A stretch of 64,000 nucleotides of DNA from Antedon mediterranea (lineage: Eukaryota; Animalia; Echinodermata). Of the stretch, positions 1-12,656 are shown one piece after another. Under the pieces are notes generated by a model. It was not told the DNA's origin, searched no databases, and worked only from the letters and a program-made list of their open reading frames with translations. Numbering within the stretch: the first letter of the stretch is position 1; each line of letters begins with the position of its first letter. Where the stretch lies: assembly GCF_964355755.1 (NCBI RefSeq), contig NC_092676.1, positions 18,432,871 to 18,496,870 of the forward strand, written 5' to 3'. The position numbers and the translations under genes are program-made.

Positions 1-491
1 TGTGATTATGCAATACAGAACTTTGCGTCAATACGTCGCTGCGTTGCGTCCTAGTGGGAACCACGCTTTAGAGACACATTTGTCCTGAGACAAGTTTCAC
101 ATTTGTCGTATTCGTTTCGTGACTTTACCATTGAGTACAGTTTTTCATTTGAGTACTTATTTAACAGAGTATTCTGAGTGCTGATTGCTCTCAACAAAAA
201 AGCTTGCGTTTGTTAATGTTTTCTATTCAAAAGATTTTCTGTTGAGCACCATCATTTTACAATCGGCATTTGAATACAAAAAGTACTCAACGAATCTTAT
301 GTTTGACTACGATAAAATCAAATACGACAAAAAGTCAACATAAACAATATATTTGGAGTTATGTTTATGTTTATAAAATATACTAACCAAAACTGAAAAA
401 CAAATTTTTATTGGATGATTATATGAATTATTACTCAAAATCATTTTGGTTTTGACCTACATGCAAAAAAATAATTATAATTTATTTTCAG

Positions 492-3400
492 AATGGTCAC
501 AGATTTAGACTTCCTCGCATCTTCGTTCCCGGCACTTGATATTTCTGCTTTGAAGTTCAAGGAAAGAGATCAACTGGAAGCAATTTTCAAGTTTTGGAGA
601 AACCCTGACAACCAAGTGTTTGATATATCAACTTATTGGTACATTTTAACTTTACGTTTCAAAAGATATAGACTAACTTTTGTCCCGGACTAGATAGTTC
701 TGAACTAAAGTTATATTCCCTTTCAAGAATACGGGCCCTAAAGTTTGAGAGTCATGTGTTAAAGTATTGCTATAGTTCATTCATTATTCTTCATTAGTGG
801 ATATCCATATTTTCATTTTCAACAGACAACTTATATCCGATTCGCACAAACAACACACATACATAAAAAATATCAAACAATTTGGTTTATATCTCCCAAG
901 ATTATACTCTATATTTCACACTAGTTTGTTAAGTGTAATGTAAAAACTCAGTAGAAAGATACATGCACATAAGCACAGATACCACATGTTACATCAATGT
1001 ATTGACTTATTACCAACTTATTCCAAGATTTTACAAGTATAAGCACAGAAATGCTTTCACACAATACCTAGTTAATAATAATTTGTTATCAGTACATCAC
1101 TGTACTTTTTTATAAGATTTTTACAGGTATTAAACTGTACTTTTGTCTTGGGTTCTGCCATCTACCTCATATCTAAAGGCAGTTCCTTATCCTGATTCAC
1201 ACAATAGCTTTCACTAAATTTGTAAATTCCTCAATTTTGTCCACAGGGATAATCGAGTACGTAAACATCTTGATCAACGCTATGATTCACGGCGCAATTG
1301 TTTTGATTGGGACTACAATATGAAACTAAGGGATAGAGGAGCATCAGTTATTAATGCTAAACAGTATGGCGCTTGGAGAGACACTGGAGTGGCGTTTGAA
1401 GCCAGGGATGGCAACTATGACATTCCAAATAAGACATTGGCATCTGGTTTACTCTTTAAACAGGTACTGAATTTTGGAATTCTTCTCTGACTAGTCTTCA
1501 ATGATTGTTTCAGTTGTATTTCACACAACATATTATACTATATGTAGAAAACTCTGTTATTTACTGTGCTACTATGTTTTTAGGGAGGGGCTACAATGCA
1601 ACAACGTGGATACTGGGGTGATATTGTCTGCAGTCCTTACCTTGCATATGGAATTGAAAGTGAAAACAAAGAATTATTCAAGACTCAGAATGGAACACAT
1701 ATTAGGGTTAGTAAGTCACAACCATAGAGAAGAAGTCATATTTAATATCAGACACGATTGGGCTGCAGGCCTAAATTGTCTGGTTTTCTGGATGCAGGAG
1801 AGATTTTGAGACCTTACAGAAAATTATAGTTTTAGCAAAGTTTCCCCCGGAAGGCAGAGAGCAAGTGCACAATGCAATCAATGATAAACAGGTGCTCATG
1901 ATGCAACTGAGTCAGTAGTTTAAGTCACTTGTATTCAACTTCATACACAACTGCTTTAGAAACAGAGAAAGTGACATAACATTTGGTAAATTTGTTTATC
2001 AGAAAAAGATAAAAGTATTTTGAGTCCTTTTTTTCTTAACGAAAAAGCCTGAGCACATTTTAATATAACCATTCTAAAACAACAAAGTACTCAACCAATC
2101 TTTATGTTGACTACAAAAGTTTCCAATAAAATTGTCAACACCATAAATTTTGTTCTAAAACTATATTTCCAGACTGCTGCAGATGTTTCGGAGTTTAACG
2201 TTCTATCCCTTCTTTATGAACTCTCAAACAAGGAGACGTATGTACCAAAAGAAACAATGGAAGGAAAGAAACAAGATATCCCCTCAGCTACTTTAACAGA
2301 AATAACTGAAGAGGAAGAAGAAACAGAAGATGATGTCAAAGAAAATGGTACTTGCAATGAAGAACAGATTACAGGTGTGTTAATAAGAATAATAAATTAG
2401 GTTTACAGAATACAGTATGCGCTTAACAATAGAAATAAAAAGCTGAAAACTAAGAGGAAAAAAGAGTGAGTTTCAGAGCAGCCTATAAATGATTGAAGTA
2501 GCCTGACAGATAGAGGTTGGTAAACCGTTCCAAAGGGTGACAGATGCTTAAGAAAAGGAACAAAAAACCATATTAAATGCTTTGTTGACGGATGGATGGA
2601 ATTAGTGAGTAGAGACTCTGAACTAGATCGCAGAGGTCTCTTAGGAATATATGGATCAATCAAATTCAAAATAAAAGCAGGCGAGGTATTCACCAGTTTC
2701 AACAACCATCGTCTAAAGTAAAATACAATCAAACTGCATTAAGCTATACATTATAAGTGTAGCTAAAATTGTCTGAAGGTGATTGGCCGATAAAAACTGA
2801 CAGCTTGCCCATGGCAAACCAATTGAAATGCTGTTAACAGGACGAAGGTGAAATAGAGAAATAATTCTCTATAGAGGTCAATGCTAAACTTCAAATACTG
2901 TACGCCCCTATAAATTTTAAGATTTTATCTATTCTCTGTAAAGCCTGTTTTTACACACACATTAGAACTGAATTTTAAATTAATCCCATTTTACTATAAA
3001 ATTTCCTGAACTGTATGTATGCATTGCTCAAATTAACCCTGTTGTACTGTATATATAATAAAAACGACCTTGAATGATCCCATTCGAGATTTTGAATAGC
3101 CTTGAGCCACAATTGTTACACATCTACTGTAAACCTGATGTTTCAAATACTCCATGCTTTGAGCTATGCTAACATCAGTCTGACATAACGCTAGGCTATT
3201 CATTACTTTATCAACATTGGCAACCTTTGTACCATTTCTTTAAGCCATTAATTAGTGTATTCTTTTTTTTGCAGATAACATATTATTGGAAAATGTCAAA
3301 ATCTTTTTCCTTCCCCTTGGCTCAGCAGCTGAAATTCATAAAAAGAGTAAATACAAGAAATTGTTCAACCTGGTCTATTTCTCAAATAGGTAAAGAATTT

Positions 3401-4577
3401 TAAATAAAGAAAAGTGCCGATTATTTGAATTTATGAATCATGGAGGTAACCAGTTATGGATCCAAGGCTGGGGGACTAATATTATTATATTATTAGTTTT
3501 TCCTGAAGATTATTACGGAGATTTGATTCCATTGTTATGTAATTGCCACTAAAAATTACGATTGTTGATTTGCTGTGCAATATATGAGAGTTTCATTTCC
3601 GGCCAATTAAAGATGCCATTTACTGTATCATGAAATGGGGTGTTATTAACCACAATTTGCTTTCCACAACCCCCACAATGAGGGCCTGTGGCTCATGTAC
3701 TTAGTGGTCTTGTCTGCCTCCCCTCCCCTAATTTAACATGCTGGATCCGCCCCTGGTAACTAAATACTACACCATTTTGAGCTAATATTCTTTACCACAA
3801 ACGTTTCCGGCATATATACATTCACATACGTCGTCCTACCAACTTTACAATATCAAACAGTTTGTTAAATCACCTAGCCAGCTAGTTTCTTTTTTATTCC
3901 GTCCATGCTGTAGCATATATGACTGTTTTACGTTTAGCGTAGCAATCTTTATTCTTTTTTATAGCATGGTTCATAACATTAATGAATCGTTAAAGACAAT
4001 AATGGCAGATGGAGCAAAGGTAGTCCTTGAGACCGCTAAGTTTATGTTGGAGTTAACCGAAGAGCAGTACATGCAATATGTAAATAAAGTAACAGCAATG
4101 GTTAAGAATATTGGATGCAAGGTATGGAATGAATTATAGGTACAATAAACAGTGGACCCCGCTCTTTGGGTCATCCTTTTTTCAGGGGACATTCTCCAGT
4201 GAGACAAAACGGGGGGAAATGTTTTGATACTATGCCCAAATTCTATTCAAGGGACACTGCTTAAGGATATACTTTATTGGGTTGTGAAGGTGTCCCTTAC
4301 TGTAGTACCAGACAGCAGTTATGAGGTTGGACATGTATTGTTATAATAATAAAGCTTATTCTACAAACGGTATTCCCCCTCCATTATTTTTCTTGTGACA
4401 AAAGTAAAGTAGGTAATAGGAATTCTACTGTATTTTGATACATTACGTTTGCCTAGGTTTGCAATTATTAGTTCAGTATGTGCCATTAATTTATTTGTTT
4501 TGTCATTTCAGCCTTCTCCTAAAAGTGATGCAAAAAATGACAACTTTGCCACATTCACATTCTTAGGAAACGAATGA
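492..4577 (+). CDS. DNAAF3: Dynein axonemal assembly factor 3 (PF22 homolog), 3' part; 5' exons lie upstream of the window
   Basis: GT-AG exons with consistent phases: 492-638, 1247-1463, 1584-1706, 2173-2374, 3275-3389, 3965-4121, 4512-4577 (TGA). The translation contains WDNRVRKHLDQRYDSRRNCFDWDYNMKL..WRDTGVAFE..PNKTLASG..RGYWGDIVCSPYLAYGIE, matching DNAAF3 motifs (WDxRLR..RYD.R..DWD..MKL, WRDTGVAFE, RGYWGDI). Confidence 0.92.
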
Positions 4578-4780
4578 GGTTTTCCAGTCAAACTCTATCA
4601 ATAATGAAAGAATATCCACAAAATATATTTCAACATCATGATTTAGGGGTGCGTGAACCAGAAATTAGCGCATTCCAACATTCTGTGGTGTATTCTATGA
4701 ATTTTCTTGGCTGAATATTGATACAGAATCATGCATTTTATGATGGGTATGAAATTGGAATTTCCTCATGGGGCATTCAG

Positions 4781-5587
4781 TGAAGTATAGAGCCCTCGAG
4801 TTGGCAAGCATGGGACGGCATCTACTGAAGCATAGAACCCTTGAGTTGGCAAGCATGGGACTGCATCCACTGAAGCATAGAACCCTCGAGTTGGCAAGCA
4901 TGGGACGGCATCTGATGAAGCATAGAACCCGCGAGTTGGCAAGCATGGGACGGCATCTACAGTACTGAAGCATAGAACCCTCGAGTTGGCAAGCATGGGA
5001 CGGCATCTACTGAAGCATAGAACCCTCGAGTTGGCAAGCATGGGACGGCATCTGATGAAGCATAGAACCCGCGAGTTGGCAAGCATGGGACGGCATCTAC
5101 AGTACTGAAGCATAGAACCCTCAAGTTGGCAAGCATGGGACTGCATCTACTGAAGCATAAACCCTCAAGTTGGCAAGCATGGGACTACATCTACTAAAGC
5201 ACAGAACCCTCAAGTTGGCAAGCATGGGACTGCATCTACTGAAGCATAGAGCCCTCAAGTTGGCAAGCATGGGACTGCATCTACTAAAGCATAGAACCCT
5301 AGAGTTGGCAAGCATGAGACTGCATCTACTAAAGCATAGAACCCTAGAGTTGGCAAGCATGGGACTGCATCTACTGAAGCATAGAGCCCTCAAGTTGGCA
5401 AGCATGAGACTGCATCTACTAAAGCACAGAACCCTCAAGTTGGCAAGCATGGGACTGCATCTACTGAAGCATAGAGCCCTCAAGTTGGCAAGCATGGGAC
5501 TGCATCTACTAAAGCATAGAACCCTAGAGTTGCCAAGCATGGGACTACATCCACTGAAGCATAGAACCCTCAAGTTGGCAAGCATGG
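4781..5587. repeat. 45-bp minisatellite (~18 copies) downstream of the DNAAF3 stop
   Basis: Unit TGAAGCATAGAACCCTCGAGTTGGCAAGCATGGGACGGCATCTAC; it explains the 15-aa-repeat ORFs on both strands. Confidence 0.95.
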
Positions 5588-8127
5588 CTGATGAGACAAG
5601 AAGCAGAATAAGTTTATGATGGATCAAATGAACAATTGAAGCAATTCAATCAAAACTGGACACACCTTTAAGGTTCTTTCACACCTGCTCTGGTCCGGCG
5701 GCTCCGGCAAATAAAATTGAACGTCAATGTTTCGTTTTCAGGACACTCCATGTGGCTGTGTGCCAATCGATTGGTCTGTGACACACCCTGAGACTGGCCT
5801 ATGACATCCCTTAGAATGGCATGTGGCTCTGACACGCCCTTGATTATTTCTGTAAATTCTAAATTTTAAAATACATTTTGAATATTAAAGAATTTGGTTT
5901 TGGAAGAGTTGACAAAAATTGTACAGAATTGTGTACAGAATCAATTGTCGGTCAATAAAATGATATTTTTCAAAATTGTTGTGTAATTGAAAAATATGAA
6001 TTCTTAAAAAACTACCACTGTGCAAAAATCTAACTCAAAAAAACAGGTTGAGGTTTATGTAGTTAAGAAATTGTATTCTTAAAAACAAAAAGATCCCTAC
6101 CCTAGATGTTTTTGAATTTCAGGTCGATTAATTTTGGCAGATTTAAAACAATGGTTTCGGCCTAATAATTGAATATTAAATTAAATACAACATGTAATAT
6201 AATATGTGTTTAATAAGATTTTTTATTTAAAATTATCATTTATTCACAATGTTTTACCAGGCTGTAATTATATGTACTAACATTAAAAAAAAAAAAAAAA
6301 AACTTTTACGTGTTATACTATGCGTCAATAAGCATAACAAGTAAAACGCAACTGAGACTGATTGATGATGTTTAAATGCAAAAATAATAGCCGACTTATA
6401 TTGCCTGATGCATGTTTACAATTAGGTGCAGAATAACCGATGATACGTCTATTTATCAGGCTATAGATATACACTAGAACTGTTTTGTCTTGTCTCTTTG
6501 TATTTAATAGAATGAGAAAACACTCTTAAATCTTTGTTAAATGACCAATTTGACAGGTTTTATGCCAAGGTTTCTGATATTTTAAAATTCAATGAAGTCC
6601 CAATAGACTTACACATTATATCATCTTCAATTCTGCATGGTTAATTTACACCGCGACAATGACTGAAAGATTTTCAGTGTAGGCAATAAACAGTAAAATA
6701 AATTGTTGTGTTTGAGAAATGATAACACAGATTCTTTACAACATTTTGAGTGCTAGAGAAGACGATAAGAATAATTTTATAAATGCAATTGAAATGATCA
6801 AGTAAAGAAATAAACGAATGCTTTTGATAGAAATAGAGTGGGGTTAAAATAATAGTTTGGTTCTATGCTTTAAAATAACTTAATTTTGTCACCATTCTTT
6901 TAGTAGGCCTACCTTGTATCTCCACATAATATAATTTGACCGGGCACAATATCACTTTTTATGTTTATTGTATTTTTAAAATATTGTATTTTTTTTAATT
7001 GGAAAAATATATTGGAAATATTTTTCCAATAAAATATAAACAAATATCTATTTTCAGGCCTCAACAAAGTTTCAGGGAAAATAGAGATACAAGGTTTTAA
7101 AAGCAATGCTAAACAAAATCTTTAATGGAAAATTTTAACGTATTGCGGAAAATATTAAGGAATGTGTAAACATAAAAAGAAAGACAAAAATCTAATTAGG
7201 GAAGACCGGTTATATTTCCATTTTTATATTAAGAAAATGTAAATAACTTGGCAAGTTAACAGATTTGAAGGCTAAATTTAATGAGCTTTTTTTTTTATAG
7301 AAAAGTCATATAATTATATTTTAACAGTTTATGAACATATGGCAAACCAAGAAATGTCTTTTTGTTCTTTTTACAGATTTCCAAATTTGTTATAAATTAA
7401 AAAAAATTTTCTATGAATATTATATGTCTCTGCGTCTTAAATTGTAAAATAATGTTTCTACTTTCATTGTGGTCCCGAAATGGAGTTTTGTCTTTTATAA
7501 CAGTAGACTATATTGTTTGTTCCATTTTTTTTAAAGCAATTGTTTTGCTTCAAACTTTTATATTGCTAAGGAAGCGATTGTAATGAGCCATTTCTTCCCC
7601 TTTCAAACATGGCAGTTTGAAGAACAAATATGAATTCCAATTTACAATCAACAATACACTACTTTATTTGTTATAACATAGCTTTAGAATTTCATTTCTA
7701 GATGTCCTAATAATTAAAGGTTATAGGTCAGAAAATCAGGAATATTGAGGTAGGGGGTTGTAATTTGATGCAATTAGTCTATAACTTGACAGAGATATTA
7801 AATGCATGCTTCATTTGAATGTATTGATCATTGTAATACAGTACAGTATGCTGCACCGTTATACAACAATATTAGCATCACTGCTATACGATATTAGTAT
7901 AAACAACCAATCCCATTGTCCTTTTTAATACCAATATTACTGTAACGTTACAATTATGTTATAGAGCGATATTAAAAAATAGACAACACCTGCATAAACC
8001 AATATTAATTATGGATACAAAATGGTATAATGGATACAAAATGGTATAATGGATTGTGGGTGTGAGAAGGAGACTGACAAGGGGAGCTTTCTACAAAGCA
8101 GTAGTATACTACAGGTATATCAAAATA

Positions 8128-8410
8128 TGTTGGACGCTTGATTACCGATCGTGAGGTCGTGGTTCGAATCTAAATCTCGCCGCATTGCTTGTTTCCTTAG
8201 GCAAGGCACTTACATTTGCCTCTCCCCCCACCCAGGTGTATTAAATGGGTGCCCAGTTACATCAAGACACAACTTTGCGCTGATTACTATCTGCATTATG
8301 GAAGTATGTTTCCATGTGTTTTATCCAAAAAATTACCGGGGTAATAATGCTTGTAAAATGCCTTGAGCATGATTTCTAATAATAAAGGTGCTGTATAACT
8401 GTGGTATTAT
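8128..8410 (+). mobile_element. tRNA-derived CORE-like SINE
   Basis: GGTTCGAATC B-box, then CCTTAGGCAAGGCACTT..CCACCCAGGTGTA..AAATGGGT; a homologous copy lies at 39144-39380. Confidence 0.65.
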
Positions 8411-10028
8411 TAACAAAACGAGAGGTCATTTGACGTTGCAAGTGCCGTATTTCAACCATAGGGCGTAATGGTTATTTTAGAGCACTATAGGAAAAATTTG
8501 TAATGATTGTTGAGGCCTGAATGTGTCCTCGTAATATGGTTCTAATGTATTTTAAAATATATTTATCAATAAAAGTTAAATTTACTTATTAAAAACGTTG
8601 GCGACACTAAGATTTAGGAGAATGCATATGTTCTTTACAGGGAATGCACATTTGGACCTTTTTTGTCTTTTGAGATATTCATGCATCATCTGATTTCCAG
8701 TAAATTAAATATATTGTCACTAAAAACGATGTAGGCCTACACTTTATGTTTTAACATATTCTGTCTAGGCCAAATTGATTTTGGATGCCCGAATTGGTCG
8801 GCTCTGAAAGTATATTTCTATCCAAATAAACAAACAATTTAGAAATACATAATATGGGTATTAAATGGCCACTTTCACTATTTACTGAAACCAGTGTAGT
8901 AACTTTAAAATACATACAATGTTTACAATCATTTTGCTTTTTAGCCGTTATATTTATTTTAAAGACATAAATCATAGGATAAAAATCAAAATCATTTTTG
9001 TTTCAAAAAAAATTACTTTTATGATATTATTTCCCATCATATTTATTATTACATATTTGACAATAATATCAAAATATATGGTGGTATTTCGTCTAATTAT
9101 AATCAAAATTAACAATAATGATACATAGATTCACAGGCATACTTCTTCTAGCTTGGCCTATATTCTTACCAAAATAATATTAAAATACTTGCTGATAGAG
9201 AAATAGTTCATTAATTTATATATTTTAACTTATCTCCTTGCTACTTATAAGGTTAAAGTAGAAATAGTACAAACATCGATTATGTAATATATTCACACAA
9301 AAAAATATTAGAGGATAGGAAGAAGGTACTATTGTTTTTACAGGTCACTAATAACATATTATGCTACTGGATTGACTTTTTACATCTGTTGTATACTATA
9401 CTGTGGGACGCGAATCCAGATAGTTACTTCTTGATGATGTTGGTATAAAAATAAACAATATCTATAATAATAAATGTATTATTAAAAATATTAGACTTTA
9501 GAATTTAATTGATTCTGTGTGAAGTTGATCAAAATTATATTGTGGTAAAATTATAAAGGCTAAATGCATTCATGACATTAACTTTGAATAGTTTTTCTTA
9601 AAATTTGGATTAGGTAGTACAGTAACTATCCAACTACCATACATTTTTTACCAGGGCTAATATTTCTGGTTTTCTAGAAAGTATTCTGAATGTGTTGCTA
9701 GTGGTTAATAAAAATGTTATGGACCTTTTAGACCTCAAGAAAAGTTCGGCTTTGGGAAAATTTCCAGTTTTGAGAGAGTTTGGCATTGGGAGAATTGTTT
9801 CTGGTTAAAGTTACAGTACAAGACCGATGTTTCTGAAGGTGATTTGTGCAGAAAATTATACAGGGTCAATGATTTCACATCCCTAAACATTGTTGTTGTT
9901 AATTGTACACCCAGACATAACAAAGTGTAGAAAACTTGATAGCATAGTATCACATAGGGTAGAGCAATATGCAGCCAACAGATGTAAAATGTCAAGTTCT
10001 TAATAAAGGAAGTATAAAGACAAGTACA

Positions 10029-10142
10029 CAGTGGCGTAACGGCTATGAGTGCTCACTGGGGAAGCATGAGCAGTCCAATGCATTTACCCACTCCCTAAAG
10101 AGTGCTAAACCAAGGGCCTTTACCCACTGCGTTATGCCACTG
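10029..10142. mobile_element. hAT-like MITE
   Basis: TIR CAGTGGCGTAAC/GTTATGCCACTG with degenerate 8-bp flanks CAAGTACA/CAGGTATT. Confidence 0.55.
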
Positions 10143-10549
10143 CAGGTATTTGACAGTTTAATGGGGAAAAACATTATTATTATTTAAAGCCCTATTCGCA
10201 TTCAATTTAATCAATACCATAGGGTTACTTTGGTCAAATCATATTCTCTCCTTTGGATGCCTTGCCTTGTGACCGTACTTCAACTCGAATCCTCAGCTCT
10301 CAAACTCCCATTGCACAGAACTCTAAACATATTCTTATTTAACTAAGCTGTAGTTGAATATGGTTGTTTAAAAGTAGAAGGCCCAATTTGTTCAACTGGC
10401 ATGATCTCAAGTTCTAGCCGAGTCAAGTTGACATCTGGTTGCGAGAGTGACATATTCTTAACTTGACTTGTATGACTAATCTTTTTATTTATTTTATTTA
10501 TGTTTCTTCTTATAACTTGTGTTAAACACTGCACATTAGAACCGTATTA

Positions 10550-10721
10550 AGGCCAATTTACACAGACGAGCGGTAAGAATAATAAAAATATAGAATCTGT
10601 TATTCTTTATTACCATTGACACACAACGCGGTGTGGACAGGCAGTTTCCGCTCAGGATAGATACAGAATCTTTGTAGGACAAGAGGTCTTACGCTTACCG
10701 CTCGTCTATATAAATTGGCCT
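10550..10721. mobile_element. Tourist-like MITE family C (related fragments ~25850-25950 and ~62626-62810)
   Basis: TTA|AGGCCAATTTACACAGACGAGCGGTAAG...CTTACCGCTCGTCTATATAAATTGGCCT|TTA. Confidence 0.8.
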
Positions 10722-11490
10722 TTAATCGAACACCATCGGGACGCAACAAAGTGTTGGCCATAGTCCTTACACATAAATTTCCATTTGTTTGTTGGGAAAG
10801 TGTCCCTTATATCGCCTTCTCTCAATAGAGGGATTCTACTGTAGCATATTCTGACTGATCACAATCAAACATTCACCAGTAAAGTCATCTGGCAGCCAAT
10901 AATTAATTAAAGATCCTGTTAATTAGTTTACTCATCGATAACTTTCCAATTAAATAAACATATTTGCATGATTCTATTCATAGCATTCAATAAAATGCCC
11001 CACAAACTCACGACCTTTATAATCTTTTTGTACCAAAAAAAACCCATTAATAAGTAGAATATATATATATATATATAATACTTGAGACTCGTGGGCTGCA
11101 ATAATAAAACTCAATGTTTGAAAAAACATAAAACTAGATTATTATTAAGAAAAACAATTTGTAATACTGTATCTTTTGCTGAAAATGTTATAGTTCATCA
11201 TTAATAGTATTGATTATATATTTATGTTTTTCAGAAATTTTGCATGTTTTACTGAGATTTTACAAGTGAAATTGAAAGGAAAATAATGGGGTATGGGATA
11301 ATAGCAAAAACATTGTCACCAAAATAAGTTGTTAAAAATTATTCTTAAATAGTACCACATGTTACAAATGGGTATGTTTAGACTCAAAGCTTAGGTAGTT
11401 CATATATGCAGCGTACACATTTTTGTGTCATTACTAGGGTGCAGATTATCATTAGATAGCTGATACAACCTAGGGGTTCATAATTGAGCA

Positions 11491-11575
11491 GTAGAGGCTG
11501 GAGAAGTAGAGGCTGGAGAAGTAGAGGCTGGAGCAGTAGAGGCTGGAGCAGTAGAGGCTGGAGCAGTAGAGGCTA
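11491..11575. repeat. 15-bp tandem repeat (~6 copies)
   Basis: (GTAGAGGCTGGAGMA)n. Confidence 0.9.
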
Positions 11576-11660
11576 GATCAGTAATATTAATGCCAGCCAA
11601 TGATCTCTTTTAGACCCTTTTATTGATTTTACTGGACAGGAAGTTTTGTATCAATCACTA

Positions 11661-11923
11661 CAATAAGACCTACATTTTACGTAAAGTAGAGGACAAGATA
11701 AAAAAAATTAAATTGACCTCCAAACATGTAGATCCTATAGGTAAGGCTGCAGTAATGTGACCTTACACCTAGGCCTAAAAACATACAAACTGTTAATGAA
11801 TGGAAATAAAATAGTAAAATAAAGTATGAAATTACAAAGTAACGACGACGCCATAGGTCATTTTATGTGTACGTAAAATCCAGGGAACTTAAAATCATGG
11901 TACGTAAAATGTAAGGTCTACTG
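11661..11923. mobile_element. Degenerate Tc1/mariner-type MITE
   Basis: TA|CAATAAGACCTACATTTTACGTA ... TACGTAAAATGTAAGGTCTACTG|TA. Confidence 0.55.
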
Positions 11924-11979
11924 TATTATTTCGGTGTCAAATATATGATTGTGGGACGTATTTGTTTTATCTTGTCAAA

Positions 11980-12187
11980 GACTGTGTTTCCGCAGCCAAA
12001 AATGCTTTAATCAGGTAATTAATTAAAAAATAAAGTGCGCATTATCAGTCAATTTGTCCTTCTGGTTAAAGGTTAAAAATTATCACATTTATCCGATAAT
12101 TACCAAATAATTTTTTTGAGCCTAATAAGTTAAACCCCGTTTCCACAGGCAGTTTATCGGTTAATTTTTGGCTGCTGAAACACAGCT
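11980..12187. mobile_element. MITE
   Basis: TIR CTGTGTTTCCGCAGCCAAAAAT / ATTTTTGGCTGCTGAAACACAG. Confidence 0.65.
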
Positions 12188-12656
12188 AATTAAAGACTCT
12201 CTTCAATTACGATGCTTAGTATACAAGCATTATACAAACAACTATGAAGTTTTTGAAATGGAACAAACGTGTATATAAAGGGATGTGTACTGTACCCCAA
12301 TCCAATCTACCCTCTGGTGTACATCAATTTGCTTCAATTGGGAATTACAGTATCTTAATACAATATTCTTATAATTTAGCTTAAATAAAACCTTGCAGGC
12401 AGGATTATACTGTTGAAGTCAAACTTGTTGAATAATTGTATGTTTTTTAAACAAAATGTTGTAATCCTTTTACAATCGACGATCGCTTCATTCATGTCAT
12501 TCTCCTTTCCGAGAAGTTTACAGTATATACATGTATTACATGACAGCATGACATCAACACTCTGTACAGGTTTCAGAAAATTATTTACAGTATAAATTTG
12601 ATATCCGAATGCCCCGTATAATTATTTCCCCCAATGTCTCCTTCATCCGCCAATGC

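Noticed and set aside
4695-5627. ORFs of 66-168 aa with 15-aa repeats, and a superficially CRISPR-like periodicity
   Set aside because: They are translations of a 45-bp minisatellite; there are no unique spacers or cas genes, and the context is eukaryotic.
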